A stretch of 32,668 nt of DNA, taken from positions 1 through 32,668 of the forward strand of contig NW_021836341.1 in NCBI RefSeq assembly GCF_006345805.1, written 5' to 3'. The notes beneath the pieces were generated by a model. That model did not search any database. It saw only the letters and a program-made list of their open reading frames with translations, and was not told where the DNA came from. The translations under genes were made by a program, and so were the position numbers. This DNA comes from Octopus sinensis (taxonomy: Eukaryota). Of the stretch, positions 9,940-23,075 are shown in pieces (within the stretch, counting starts at the first letter, position 1; each line of letters starts with the position of its first letter).

Positions 9940-10230
9940 GGCGCAGGAGTGGCTGTGTGGTAAGTAGCTTGCTTACCAACCACATGGTTCTGGGTTCAGT
10001 CCCACTGCGTGGCACCTTGGGCAAGTGTCTTCTACTATAGCCTCGGGCTGACCAATGCCTTGTGAGTGGATTTGATAGACAGAAACTGAAAGAAGCCCGT
10101 CGTATATATGTATATATATATGTATGTATATGTGTGTGTTTGTGTGTCTGTGTTTGTCCCCCTAGCATTGCTCGACTAAAGGCGGTGCTCCAGCATGGCC
10201 GCAGTCAAATGACTGAAACAAGTAAAAAAA
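9940..10230 (+). mobile_element. CORE-like SINE (family B) with ~111-bp internal deletion
   Basis: Head and tail match the copies at 6171 and 25011; the middle segment is missing at about 10172. Confidence 0.9.
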
Positions 10231-10648
10231 AATGCAATGACTACTTTGGCAGACATAAATTATAGTTTATTGGCCATACAGATACAACACACTCTCCGCC
10301 ACTCACTATGCATTTCCTATAAGGATCAACTGTAATGTGCTACGTCATTTGACATGAAAAAAATATTAGTGCCCAATGCACACACACACACTCATACACA
10401 CACACATACATACACAAACAAACACACACATATATATACTCTAAGGAATTTCCCATAAAAATAAAAGATGAATGATGGAGGTAATAATATTCATAGTACA
10501 ACAAAAGAAAGGCACAAATAATGCATGCTAATCACACAATATTTATTTCCTCATTTGCATATTCAAAACGATAGTACTTGTTTCTACACGCACACGCACA
10601 CACACCAATACATTCACACATGCATTTCACCGTTTGGGAATTCGAACA

Positions 10649-10688
<40 letters not shown>

Positions 10689-10758
10689 CATACACATATA
10701 TGCATATACATAAGTATATATATATATATGCTTACACAGACATACACACGCGTGTATA

Positions 10759-10796
<38 letters not shown>

Positions 10797-11067
10797 ACAT
10801 ATATATATATATATATATAATATTATATATATATATATATATAATAAAAGGTTCCCAAATAAGAAAGCTTAGTGCTAGAGACACAAAAAGGGATAAATTC
10901 GTGGAGAGAGTGAAAATCAAAAACATTTACCATTAACGATATATCCCGGACTGATCAGTTTCTACCTCTTTCTAACAAAACAGACAGAATATGTTTGCCA
11001 AGGCAAGGTTCGTCAGCGGGACGCCTTCCTAATTCTATAACCTATGTTATTACCCTTTTTGATTATG

Positions 11068-11104
<37 letters not shown>

Positions 11105-11108
<4 letters not shown>

Positions 11109-11392
11109 GGGTAAAGACCCCCTTCGGTCATGAGTGACCATGGGTTTGCACCTAGAGAGTTACCCTCTGAGGCACAAGTCTGGGCAAGGTTGTTTTTATG
11201 GAAGACCAGTAGTCGCCATGCAGCATACCGGCCTTCCCTCTCCACGCCACCAGTGTTATCCAAGGAAAGACAAAGGTCGATACAGCTTGGCACCTGTGAC
11301 GTCGCAACTCATTTCTACAGCTGAGTGAACTGGAGCAATGTGAAATAAAGTGTCTTGCTCAAGAACACAACATGCAGCCCGGTCCGGGATTC

Positions 11393-11394
<2 letters not shown>
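11105..11394 (-). mobile_element. 5'-truncated SINE-like element (family D) inside a (TA)n tract
   Basis: The minus strand starts TCGAATCCCGGACCGGG (B-box remnant), continues with GTGTTCTTGAGCAAGACACTT (CORE/V-like central segment) and a distinct 3' region, and has (TA)n on both sides. Confidence 0.65.
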
Positions 11395-11447
<53 letters not shown>

Positions 11448-11733
11448 CACAAAGACATTAAGTAAAAAATAATAGCACATCTTTAATACAGGAATAAAGC
11501 ATACAAATACGAATCATATTTCATCTGAGCTTTCTGTATTTCCACCTTCTCTCGCTTTGTATCTAATTACTTCCCTGTATTGAAATTTTAGCTTTCCGTT
11601 CTGCTCAATTTCCAAGCGGATTGGTTGTTTTGGACAAATTGTGTTAGTACAAGACTTTGGGATATATCTGATACCTAAATCGATTCAATATGAGCCGATT
11701 TATATGTGTACTATTGAATTATTACAGCCAAAG

Positions 11734-11823
11734 TTGGGCAAGTGTCTTCTGCTATAGCGTCGAGTCGACCAAATCCTTGTGGGTGGACTTGGTAGACGGA
11801 AACTGAAAGAATCCCACCGTATT
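11734..11823 (+). mobile_element. Fragment of CORE-like SINE (family B)
   Basis: TTGGGCAAGTGTCTTCTGCTATAGC...TTGGTAGACGGAAACTGAAAGAA. Confidence 0.8.
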
Positions 11824-11924
11824 CACACACACATATATATATTTATAAATATAAATATTTATTTGATAAAATTTGGTTTAAATTTTAACAACTCAGCACC
11901 GTCGATTGGATGGGTGTGTTGCTC

Positions 11925-11968
<44 letters not shown>

Positions 11969-12107
11969 AATATGAAATATTTTAATTTGGAATTTTATAC
12001 TTTATATTTCCTATTTTTTATATATCTTTTTAATTAATTTTATTTCTGTGTATTGGCTTATGATTTTCACTGTTTGATTTGCCTAATAGTGTTTTATCTC
12101 TAATTTA

Positions 12108-12162
<55 letters not shown>

Positions 12163-12166
12163 TATA

Positions 12167-12214
<48 letters not shown>

Positions 12215-12238
12215 TATATACATACGTACGTACATACA

Positions 12239-12274
<36 letters not shown>

Positions 12275-12965
12275 TAAGCCGCACTATTTGGCGGCTTTTA
12301 AGCTAGCTCCTGTGGAAGGCTCCTTATTGGTCTTGGGCCCAATAAAAACACTTCATGCATTGAGTATATATCAAATTTTCATCAAAACAATGATATAAGT
12401 TGTCGACTTGGAACTTATTGCAAAGCTGCATGATAAACATTTTTTGTCTTCACACTCAGGGGTCAGTACAATATTTTTTCTGTCTAACTTCTTTCTTTCT
12501 CTCTTTTTCTGTTGATTGTTTTCAACCATCACCATCACCGGGACCACCAGCATCGCCACCACAACTGCCATACACACACCATTCAGACTTCTGATGCCAC
12601 CACCATGAATAGCTTTGACTTCGCCGCCTTCCCCTCCACCACCATCACCACTCTCTTTCACATCGCTTACTCCACCACCAACACCATTGTCGTCACATCA
12701 CTTACCATCACCGTCATCCCTGGCTGACCACCAGCACCATCGTTGCCGTCGCCTCCACCTCTATCACACCCACAGCTCCTACTAATACTATCACCCCATT
12801 ACCATCACAACCGTCAACCTACCACCGTCTCTATGCCTACTATTGCTGTCACCCCATCACGAGGAATAGCGGAAGTGTCACTGAATAGTGAGAGAGGGCG
12901 TCAAAGTGTGACATACTGACACACAGAAATTCCTTTTGGCATTTATTATTATAGACGTCACTAAA

Positions 12966-13730
12966 TGTGACTAGTGTATTAAGAATTACCAGCATTGCTA
13001 GAAATTAGAGCTTAAATGTTCAAATGCTCTAGTTAACGCACATGAAGGAAAACTTATACACTAACAGGGACCACAATCGTCCGAAAAGTGCCGATCCAGA
13101 ATTCTTTGACACGTCAGTTTCGGCAATTTCCGTTGTCCCCATCAGTTAAGACAGCTCGTCTTCGGCTCTTTCCGGACTCGCTTCGTCATTAGCATTTATG
13201 CTTTCGTCATCCAAATAATTGGATGATTTAGCGATTCACTAATGTGTATATACAGAATTAACATAAACGGCAGTTTGCAATGTAGGTGTTGGGAAACACC
13301 TGCATTGCTAGAAATAAGAGTTAAATCTCTCTAATGCTGTAGTTAGCGTACACGAATAGAAATATATATACGAACAAGGATCATAATCATCCGAAAAGTG
13401 ACATTTGTAATTCTTTTTGGTGAAATATTATAAACTGCTGTTTATATTAATTTTATATGTGCACATTAGCGAATCGGTAAATAATCCAATTATTAGGATG
13501 ACGCAAATATAAATACTAATGGCGAAGCGAATCTGGAAAGAGCCGAAGCCGAGCTGTCTTAACTGCTGAAGCAACGGAAATTGCCGAAACTGACGCGCCA
13601 GTAATAAGAATTCTGGATCGGCAATTTTCCGACGATTATGGTCCCTGTTATTGTATATACTTTCATTCATGTGCGTCTACTATAACATTAGAATGATTTG
13701 GCTCTTACTTCTAGCAACACACTAGTCACA
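12966..13730. mobile_element. Foldback/MITE-like element with ~300-bp imperfect inverted arms
   Basis: The left arm 12966-13276 and right arm 13432-13730 are reverse complements along their length (terminal TGTGACTAGTGT/ACACTAGTCACA exact). The spacer contains a 14-bp hairpin and a direct copy of part of the arm. No TSD was found. Confidence 0.75.
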
Positions 13731-13763
13731 CAAGCGCGCGCGCACTCTCTCTCTCTCCTCTCA

Positions 13764-13825
<62 letters not shown>

Positions 13826-14195
13826 CTTAGTCCGACCTCAGATTCGAAATCAAATCTACAAATTTCCCATAGCCATACAGCCTATTATTCTGTCAAGGAG
13901 TAACACAGATTTATGTGTTCCCCACTTCATTCTTAAGCTTTTCATAAACTGTTACTCAGAGTAAGAAATTGGGAAGAATTTTTAAGCATTAAAAAATTAA
14001 TAAAATTGCATATTATTCTACCTTTGGTATTCGAGTAATATTTTTTCCATTTTTTGTTGCTTACTTGTGTGTGTATGTGTGTGTGCGCGTGCGCGTGTTT
14101 ATACATCGAAACTTAAATAAATATAAGTTTCTATTCTTTGTATGTAAATGTAAACATATTCGAGTATGTGTGTGTGCGCATGTCTGTAAATAGGA

Positions 14196-14236
<41 letters not shown>

Positions 14237-14270
14237 TGCGCATAGACACACATACATACTCATACATATT

Positions 14271-14520
<250 letters not shown>

Positions 14521-14736
14521 GTAAAAAAAAAAAAAAAAAAAAAAAAGAAGATAGTGATGTGATAGATAGTAATGATGCACAGATATTAGTACATATGTCC
14601 CTGAACGCAAATTATGAATTTAAACAGACAGATAGAAAGACAGTGGGGTGAATCGAGGAGCGGAGAGAAAGTGGGTAAACGAGACTTAGAAATGGTGATA
14701 TAGCGCGTGTATGAGAAAGAGAGACAGAGAGAGTGA

Positions 14737-14790
<54 letters not shown>

Positions 14791-15168
14791 GTGTGTGTGT
14801 GTTTGTGTGTGTGTGTGAATGAGAGAAAGATAAAAATAAAAGAGGGAAACTGGTGGGTGGGACAAGGCAAAGAATTAGCGAAGCGGTAAGAAATGCACCA
14901 ATTACCCAGGCAGACAACTGTGGATCACTTGGAGAGTACAAGAGGTCTGTTATTAGCAGTTTGGCACCAACGAGCAGAATTATTTTCAAGACTATAATCA
15001 AACGGAGAGAGGGGAGGAAAAAAAGAATCTTTATATATATATATATTTATATTTGGCGCAAAATGCAAATATTCCATAAGCGTAGGCCCGAACAACATGT
15101 AATCTCATTAGCATATATCTATATCTATATAATATATATATAATATATCATATATATACATATATATA

Positions 15169-15213
<45 letters not shown>

Positions 15214-15369
15214 GTATATATATATATAATATAGAGTATATATATATATATAATATATATGTATATATATATATATACAATATGTATATATATGTATATT
15301 GTTTATATATATATATATATATATATGTATAATATATATAGGTGTATATATCTATATATGTATAATATA

Positions 15370-15417
<48 letters not shown>

Positions 15418-15785
15418 TATATATATATGTATGTATAAGTATCTATATGAATGTGTGTGTATAAATGTGTTTGTAAATATGTATATATGTATGTATGTGT
15501 TTAGGTATCCATGTATGAAGTAGATATGCATACGTAATATATACTGTACAAACAGGCACACATACATACATACATATATACCAACATACACACACATGCA
15601 TTCATATATGCATGTATACATACATACATACATATATACATACATCATACATTCATACACACAAAGATACATGCGTACATAAATAACAATATAAACTTTA
15701 TATAAATATTATGCACCATTTCCATGTAGGTTATTAATTCCTAAATTTTCATATTTTTATCATCATTAGTTTTTATTATTCTTCT

Positions 15786-15832
<47 letters not shown>

Positions 15833-15835
15833 TTC

Positions 15836-15869
<34 letters not shown>

Positions 15870-15944
15870 TTGTAATAGTAATAGTAGTAGTGTCAGCAGC
15901 AGAAGTAGCAGCAGCAGCAGCAATAGTAGTAGTAGTAGTAGTAA

Positions 15945-15980
<36 letters not shown>

Positions 15981-16084
15981 TAGTAGTAGTAGTTGTAGTA
16001 GTAGTAGTGGTAGTAGTGGTAGTAGTAGTGGTAGTAGTAGTAGTAGTAGTAGTGGTAGTAGTAGTAGTAGTGGTGGTAGTAGTA

Positions 16085-16116
<32 letters not shown>

Positions 16117-18287
16117 TATAGTAGTAGTAGTTGTAGTAGTAGTAGTAGTAGTTGTAGTTGTAGTAGTAGTAGTTTTATTATCTATTCGGATCAAAATAGC
16201 TGGAAAACAAAGTTTTGCTGAATAACACTTGTCTTCTCTCTTTCTTTCTCTCTCTTTCCTTCCTGCTGTGTCTCTGTCTGTCTGTCTCTGTCTCTCTCTC
16301 TCTCTCCCTCACACACACACTCTCTCTTTCTCTATCTCTCTCCATCTCTCTCCTGTCACTCTCAGTTTCTCACTACACACCATACACTTACACACACATA
16401 CACATAAACACACAGATACCATATTACCTGCTTTTCCACTCTTACTATTTCTATCTCCCTTTCTTTTGCTCTTACTCTCTTCCTCATCTTTTCTCACTCT
16501 CTCTCTCTCTCTCTCTCTCTCTTTATCTATCTATCTACCTATCTATCTATCTATCTATCTATATTTGTGTTTCTAACAATGTACAAAATATAAAACAGAA
16601 AATACGAGCAAATATGGCGGAAAAGTATATTTTGGCATCAGAACAAGACAGCTAAATAAATATCTTTAAACCTCTTTCACCAAAAATAATTCTACAAACC
16701 AAGAAAAATAGTAACAAGATTTTATTGGTTAAATTATCTTTGACGATCAGTTTTAGCAAGAATAATATATATTTTCTTTCTGGAAGCGGAAACGACTCTC
16801 GCTGCATAAGATATCTACAACTCCTTACACTATCTTAGAAACTTTATGCTCGAATATAACGAAGACGCTTGCGTGTTGGACTCTGGATGTAGGCACACAT
16901 CAGTGTAGTACTATCCCCATCATCATCATCACCACCACCCCACCACCACCATCATCATCCTCATCATCATCATCATCATCATCACATTTTCATTATTATT
17001 ATTATTATTATCATCATCATCATCATCATCATCATCATTATTATTATTATTATTTTATTATTATTATTACTTGTAATAGTATAGTAGTAGTGTCCAGCAC
17101 AGAAGTCAGCAGCAGCAAGCAGCAATAGTAGTAGTAGTAGTAGTAATATTAGTATTAGTAGTAGTAGTAGTAGTAGTGGTAGTAGTAGTAGTAGTTGTAG
17201 TAGAGTAGTGGTAGTATGGTAGTAGTAGTGGTAGTATAGTATAGTGTAGTGGTATATTAGTAGTGGTGGTAGTAGTAATAGTAGTAGTATAGTAGTAGTA
17301 GTGTAGTATAGTAGTAGTATAGTATAGTAGTAGTATGTAGTAGTAATAGTAGTAAATTTTTATTATCTATTCGATCAAAATACTCTGGAAAACAAAGTTT
17401 TGCTGAATAACACTTGTCTTCTCTCTTTCTTTCTCTTTCTCTCTCCTTTCCTTCCTGCTGTGTCTTATTCTGTCTGTCTCTGTCTCTCTCTCTCTCTCCT
17501 CCCTCACACCACCCTCTCTCTTTCTCTATCTCTCTCCATCTCTCTCCTGTCACTCTCATTTCTCACTACACACCATACACTTCACACACATACACATAAA
17601 CACACAGATACCATATTACCTGCTTTTCCACTCTTACTATTTCTATCTCCCTTTCTTTTGCTCTTACTCTCTTCCTCATCTTTTCTCTTCTCGCTCTCTC
17701 CTTCTCTCTCTCATCTCTCTCTCTCTCTCTCTTCTCTCTTTCTCTCTATCTATCTATCCTATCTTCTATCTATCTATCTCTATCTATATCTATCTATCTA
17801 TTCTATATCATATTTGTGTTTCTAACAATGTACAAAATATAAAACAGAAAATACGAGCAAATATGGCGGAAAAGTAATATTTGGCATCAGAACAAGACAG
17901 CTAAATAAATATCTTTAAACCTCTTTCACACAAAAATAATTCAACAAACCAAGAAAAATAGTAACAAGATTTTATTGGTTAAATTATCTTTGACGATCAT
18001 TTTTAGCAAGATAATATATATTTCTTTCTGGAAGCGGAAACGACTCTTCGCTGCATAAGATATCTACAACTCCTTACACTATCTTAGAAACTTATGCTCG
18101 AATATAACGAAGACGCTGCGTGTTGGACTCTGGATGTAGGCACCACATTGTAGTACTATCCCCATCATCATCATCACCACCACCCACCACACATCATCAT
18201 CCTCATCATCACATCATCATTATCAACATTTTCATTATTATTATTATTATCATCATCATCATCATCATCACATCATTATTATTATTA

Positions 18288-18323
<36 letters not shown>

Positions 18324-18325
18324 CA
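15833..18325. repeat. ~1.2-kb tandem duplication (copy 1 ~15833-17032, copy 2 ~17033-18325)
   Basis: The anchor ACTTGTAATAGT occurs at 15868 and 17069, and the unique core at ~16570-16910 is repeated at ~17820-18160. Copy 2 differs mostly by 1-nt indels. Confidence 0.95.
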
Positions 18326-18327
18326 TC

Positions 18328-18500
18328 GAAGGCGGCAATCTGGTAGATTCGTTACCTCTCCTGGCGAAATGCTTAGCGGCATTTCGTCCATCTTTACGTC
18401 CTGAGTTCAAATTCCGCCGAGGTTGACTTTGCCTTTGATCCTTTCGAGACGGATGAAAACAAGTACTAGTCGATCAGACCTTATGCCTATAGTAGAAAGG
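18328..18500 (+). mobile_element. Meta-domain-like SINE (family C), internally shortened
   Basis: GAAGGCGGC...GAAATGCTTAGCGGCATTTCGTCC...GAGTTCAAATTCCGCCGAGG...; the tail is CTTATGCCTATAGTAGAAAGG(ATT)n. Confidence 0.85.
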
Positions 18501-18519
18501 ATTATTATTATTATTATTA

Positions 18520-18570
<51 letters not shown>

Positions 18571-18606
18571 CATCATCTCATCATTATTATATCATTATTA
18601 TTATCA

Positions 18607-18638
<32 letters not shown>

Positions 18639-18691
18639 ATTGTTATTATCATCAGTATTATTATTAACATTATTTTTATTATCATTCAGAA

Positions 18692-18755
<64 letters not shown>

Positions 18756-19089
18756 TTCAGTAGTCTTATTTTTTATCTGATACTGCGAATGAATTGTGGG
18801 ATATTGTATTGTCGAAAGAGGAGAGCCCAGAAAAATATTGAAACTCGTAGCCTGTCATAGAAACCCATAATTTATGGCACTGTTCTCAGATGAAGTTCTT
18901 TCGAGGTTTATCTTTTCTACATCACAGTAAATCAAACACCAGTAATGTACTGGGGTTCATTTAATCTAGCGGATCTCTTCGCTTTAGATTTATGGATGTG
19001 TGTAATGCAGAGAAAGAAATCATTACGTAAAGAAAGTATTGGAATATAAATAATGTAGAGATCGGAGAGAGACTGTTTGGTGGGATTAA

Positions 19090-19860
19090 ACAAAGCTAAA
19101 TGAATTTGCGATGAATGAAATAGAAGAGACAAAAATACGAACGATGTGTAAAGACTGAATGAGAGAATGAAACAAAGGAGAAAAGAAGAAAGTTGGGGAG
19201 AAAAGAAAAGAATGAAAGAGAACGGTAAAGAGAAGATATGAGAGAAAATAGGAAAATGGGAAACTAAGTAAAAAAAACAAAATTAAAACAAAAACTAAGA
19301 CAAAATATGAAAGAAACAAATGAGATAAACTGATAAATACACGAAAATATTGAAAAGACGTAAATAGATAAGGAGGAGAGTGAGGGGGAGGAGGAGGAGG
19401 GGGAGGAGGGGGAGGAGAGGAAGAGGAGGATGAGGAGAGGAGGAAAGATGTATATTGAGGGAGTTACAAAGATAAGAAAATTAAAGGACACGAAAGACAG
19501 ATGAAACAAAAAAAGGAAAAAGATAACCGTAACCGCAAAACAAATTAAAGAAATAACTCAAAAGAAAAAAGAAAGAATTAAGAGTGAGAAAGAGAGAGAG
19601 AAAGAGAGGGAGAAAAAATAAAGAGAGGGGGGATGAGAGAATAAGAGAAAGAATAAGACATTGAAATAAGGAAAGGCTGTGAGAGAAAAATATACGGAAT
19701 GAGAGAAGCGAAAGGAAGACAGAGACAATAGAAAAGTCTCATATAAAAGAAAAAAGTTACTCGTTTACAAAGCCGTCATCTGAATGAAACAAAGCAAAGA
19801 GAAGAAGAAGAAGAACAACAACAACAACAAGACACGAGAGGACAGTGAAGAGAAGAAAGC
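19090..19860. repeat. Purine-rich (GA/AAG/GAG) low-complexity region
   Basis: Strong A+G strand bias with degenerate short repeats. Confidence 0.8.
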
Positions 19861-20216
19861 CGATGGCAAATTGCTTTCTACTGCACATATCATTTGTTTG
19901 TGGTAGGCCATTTTGTCTTAACTTGTTTGTCCCGGAAGAGCGGAAAATAAATAAATATAGAAATGAAAAAATTAATTCTGAATGTATAATGTACTTACAT
20001 GCGTCTCTTACGAAATGTACCGAAATACATACTTATTTACATACGTATATATATATATATACTTCCACATGGAAATGTGATCATGTTTGTGTTTGGTTAT
20101 TATTATTGTTATTATTATGCACGTACATAAATACATACATATATATTTACATATATAGATCTCTGATTGGTGACATATATGTGTGTGCCTCTCTGTACGC
20201 ACACACACACACACAT

Positions 20217-20265
<49 letters not shown>

Positions 20266-20363
20266 TATATAGATATATAGATATATTTATATGTATATAT
20301 ATATACATAGATAGATAAAGATGCGGTTCTATATATATATACATACACACATACATACATACA

Positions 20364-20804
20364 TTATGGCTGCCCCCTCGTTATCGAATATGGCCATTGC
20401 ACGAAGCTTAACTGTTACTGGTGCTGTGATCGAATGTGACTTTTTAGCCCAGGTAAATATCTACAATGTCTTGTACAGAATTGGCAACTAAAACCTTTAC
20501 TGGTAATAGCCGGCTGTAGTTGTAACTGGGCTTCATGTACCTTTGCCTGTCGTTTAAGTCCTCCTGCCGAATTACACTTTCTTTCACATGCGCGATAGAT
20601 ATGATTAGTATGGTGTGTTACACCACCACCAGTGGCCAGGTTGTCACTCATCTGTCTCGCTTTATGACTACGAAGATGACTCTTGAGTCCAGCTTTACTG
20701 AGGCAGTGTCTTGCACAGACACTGTACGTCAGCATCATAGGAAGATACCTCCCATCTGGAAGTGTAACAGCGATTCCCTTCCTGACATCCCTCCTTACTT
20801 TCTC
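20364..20804 (-). mobile_element. 5'-truncated RTE-clade LINE 3' end encoding three C2H2-like zinc fingers
   Basis: The minus frame reads ...YSVCARHCLSKAGLKSHLRSH...YRACERKCNSAGGLKRQAKVH...CQFCTRHCRYLPGLKSHIRSQHQ* (stop at 20415). A short 3' UTR GCCATATTCGATAACGAGGGGGCAGCCAT follows, and (TATG)n flanks both sides. Confidence 0.7.
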
Positions 20805-21479
20805 ATACATACATACATACATACATACATACATACATACATACATACATACATACATACATGCATACATACATACATACATACATACAACATACATACA
20901 TACATACATACATACATACATACACACGCACATATCAAGGGTTGAACAGAGGGAGAAAAGATAAGACAAAAGCAGAGCAAACGGGAAACTAGACGAAAAA
21001 ATAACGGACGGAGAATACAGACAAAGACACAATACACAGAATATTCGTAGCTGAATTTTCCTCGTCAGTCATCGTGGTTTCACGCCATTTTCCTTGATAC
21101 TACTCAATCTTGGAGCCGCCAGTGCTTAAGCTACAAGGAAAAAACTAGCGAATTTATACTGAGACAGAAACAGATAAGGCATTATATAAATACAACAAAG
21201 AATTATGCATATATAACGCCACAATGTATTATGGCTATATACAGCAGAAGAAAAAAAGATAATACAAATACCACAAATAAAACAGAAAGAGCAGCTATCG
21301 GGGGAGCTTAATGGGGTTGCGTAGAAATATGTCCTGAAGCACGTAGCAGGAGCTCTGACTAGCATGGCTAGTCTGGTCAAAGACAGACCGAAAAACAACA
21401 ACACCGCCTTCACTGGTCACTGTCACTGGTCACTGGTCACGTTGTAGGGAACGACGAAGTATAGAGAGAGGACGAATGG

Positions 21480-21527
<48 letters not shown>

Positions 21528-21828
21528 ATATATTATATATATATATATATAATATATATAAACATATATATATACAGAGAAAGAGAGAGAGAGAGACAAA
21601 GGAACAGAGGTTAGTGGATAACAAAGTGAGAGAGAAGAGAAAGGTAAAAGTGAAGCAAGCCAGGGGGAAAGAGAGGGTAAGTGTGGCGAAAAGCTACTGC
21701 AAGTACACACACACTTAAATAGAGGGGAAGGGAGAGAAAGATAGAAATATATATAGATAGATAGACAGATAGATATATAGATAATGAGTGAGAGGGAGAG
21801 AGACAGATAGTTAGACAGATAGATAGAC

Positions 21829-21907
<79 letters not shown>

Positions 21908-22117
21908 CAGATAGATAGAAAGAAAACATGGATAAAGAAAGGGAAAATACAATAAATATAAGATGGTACAAAACAGAAAAGTAACAAAATGTGTGAAATG
22001 TCTAATTGAGTTATCCGCTATTTTTTTCAACATCCCACAGCTAGATAACGGCGTCTTGTATCTCGTTCTTGTCAACGTGCGAAGATATTGGATATTGAAG
22101 GCTGAAAGCTAAGATCT

Positions 22118-22154
22118 GTATGTATGTATGTATGTATGTATGTATGTATGTATG

Positions 22155-22188
<34 letters not shown>

Positions 22189-22454
22189 TGTATGTATGTA
22201 TGTATGTGTGTATGTATGTATGTATGAATGTATGTGTGTATGTATGTATGTATATATGTATGTGTGTATGTATGTATGTATGTATCTATGTATGTATGTA
22301 TGTATGAATGTATGTATGTATGTATGTATGTATGTGTGTATGTATGTGTGTGTATGTATGTATGCGTGCATGTATGTGTATGTATGTATGTATGTATGTA
22401 TGTATGTATGTATGTATGTATGTATGTATGTATGTATGTATGTATGTATGTATG
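22118..22454. repeat. (TATG)n microsatellite
   Basis: Long tetranucleotide array; similar arrays lie at 20805-20925, 27460-27750 and 27955-28140. Confidence 0.95.
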
Positions 22455-22719
22455 AGGAAACTTCGAATACAAAGCACAGCCAAAGAATACTGAAGGTTAC
22501 AACTAAAGAAATGCAGAAAGGAAGAAAGCGGATAGAATACATGAATTTACATCGGGTTGCAAGAGGACAATAAAGCGAATGCAAATTACACACAAATACT
22601 CAGATATATTTGCATCTATCTATCTATCTATCTATCTATCATCTATCTATCTATCTATCTATCTATATATATATTATATATATATATAATAACTATATAT
22701 ATATATATATTATATATAT

Positions 22720-22919
22720 AAAGTTAATCCAAACAAGAAAGCACAAAAAAAAACACAACACCCGAGGACGTGGAACAAGTATAGTGTTATTGGACGCTCA
22801 GGAGAAGGAAAGAAGGAGGGTTAAACGAAGCTCTTCGTTGGAAACATAGGAGAAGGAAAGATCCAGAGAAGGGAAGACAGAGGAAAAAAAATCGCCAGCG
22901 GTACACACGCGGTCACATT

Positions 22920-22920
<1 letters not shown>
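22720..22920 (-). mobile_element. Penelope-like pseudo-LTR remnant (related variant) with truncated hammerhead-like motif
   Basis: The minus strand reads TTTTTTTCCTCT...GTTTCCAACGAAGAGCTTCG|TTTAACCC...TCCTGAGCG, sharing anchors with 2998-3203. (TA)n lies on both sides. Confidence 0.5.
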
Positions 22921-22957
<37 letters not shown>

Positions 22958-22980
22958 GTCTACATAAAGACACACATATA

Positions 22981-23018
<38 letters not shown>

Positions 23019-23075
23019 ATTTATCCATCTATCCATTCATCCATCCATCCATCTATGAATATATACATACATATA

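Noticed and set aside
12276-12306. Hairpin AAGCCGC/GCGGCTT followed by CTAG (Helitron-like 3' end)
   Set aside because: The spacing is only 5 nt, CTAG is followed by C rather than T, and no matching 5' TC end was identified.
21411-21440. (CACTGGT)n short tandem repeat as a possible LINE tail
   Set aside because: The upstream translation shows no convincing RT or C-terminal motif.
22041-22118. Minus-strand peptide end [19 protein letters not shown] as a possible terminal exon or LINE end
   Set aside because: It is short and unrecognised, has no polypyrimidine support beyond the microsatellite, and no second copy occurs in the window.
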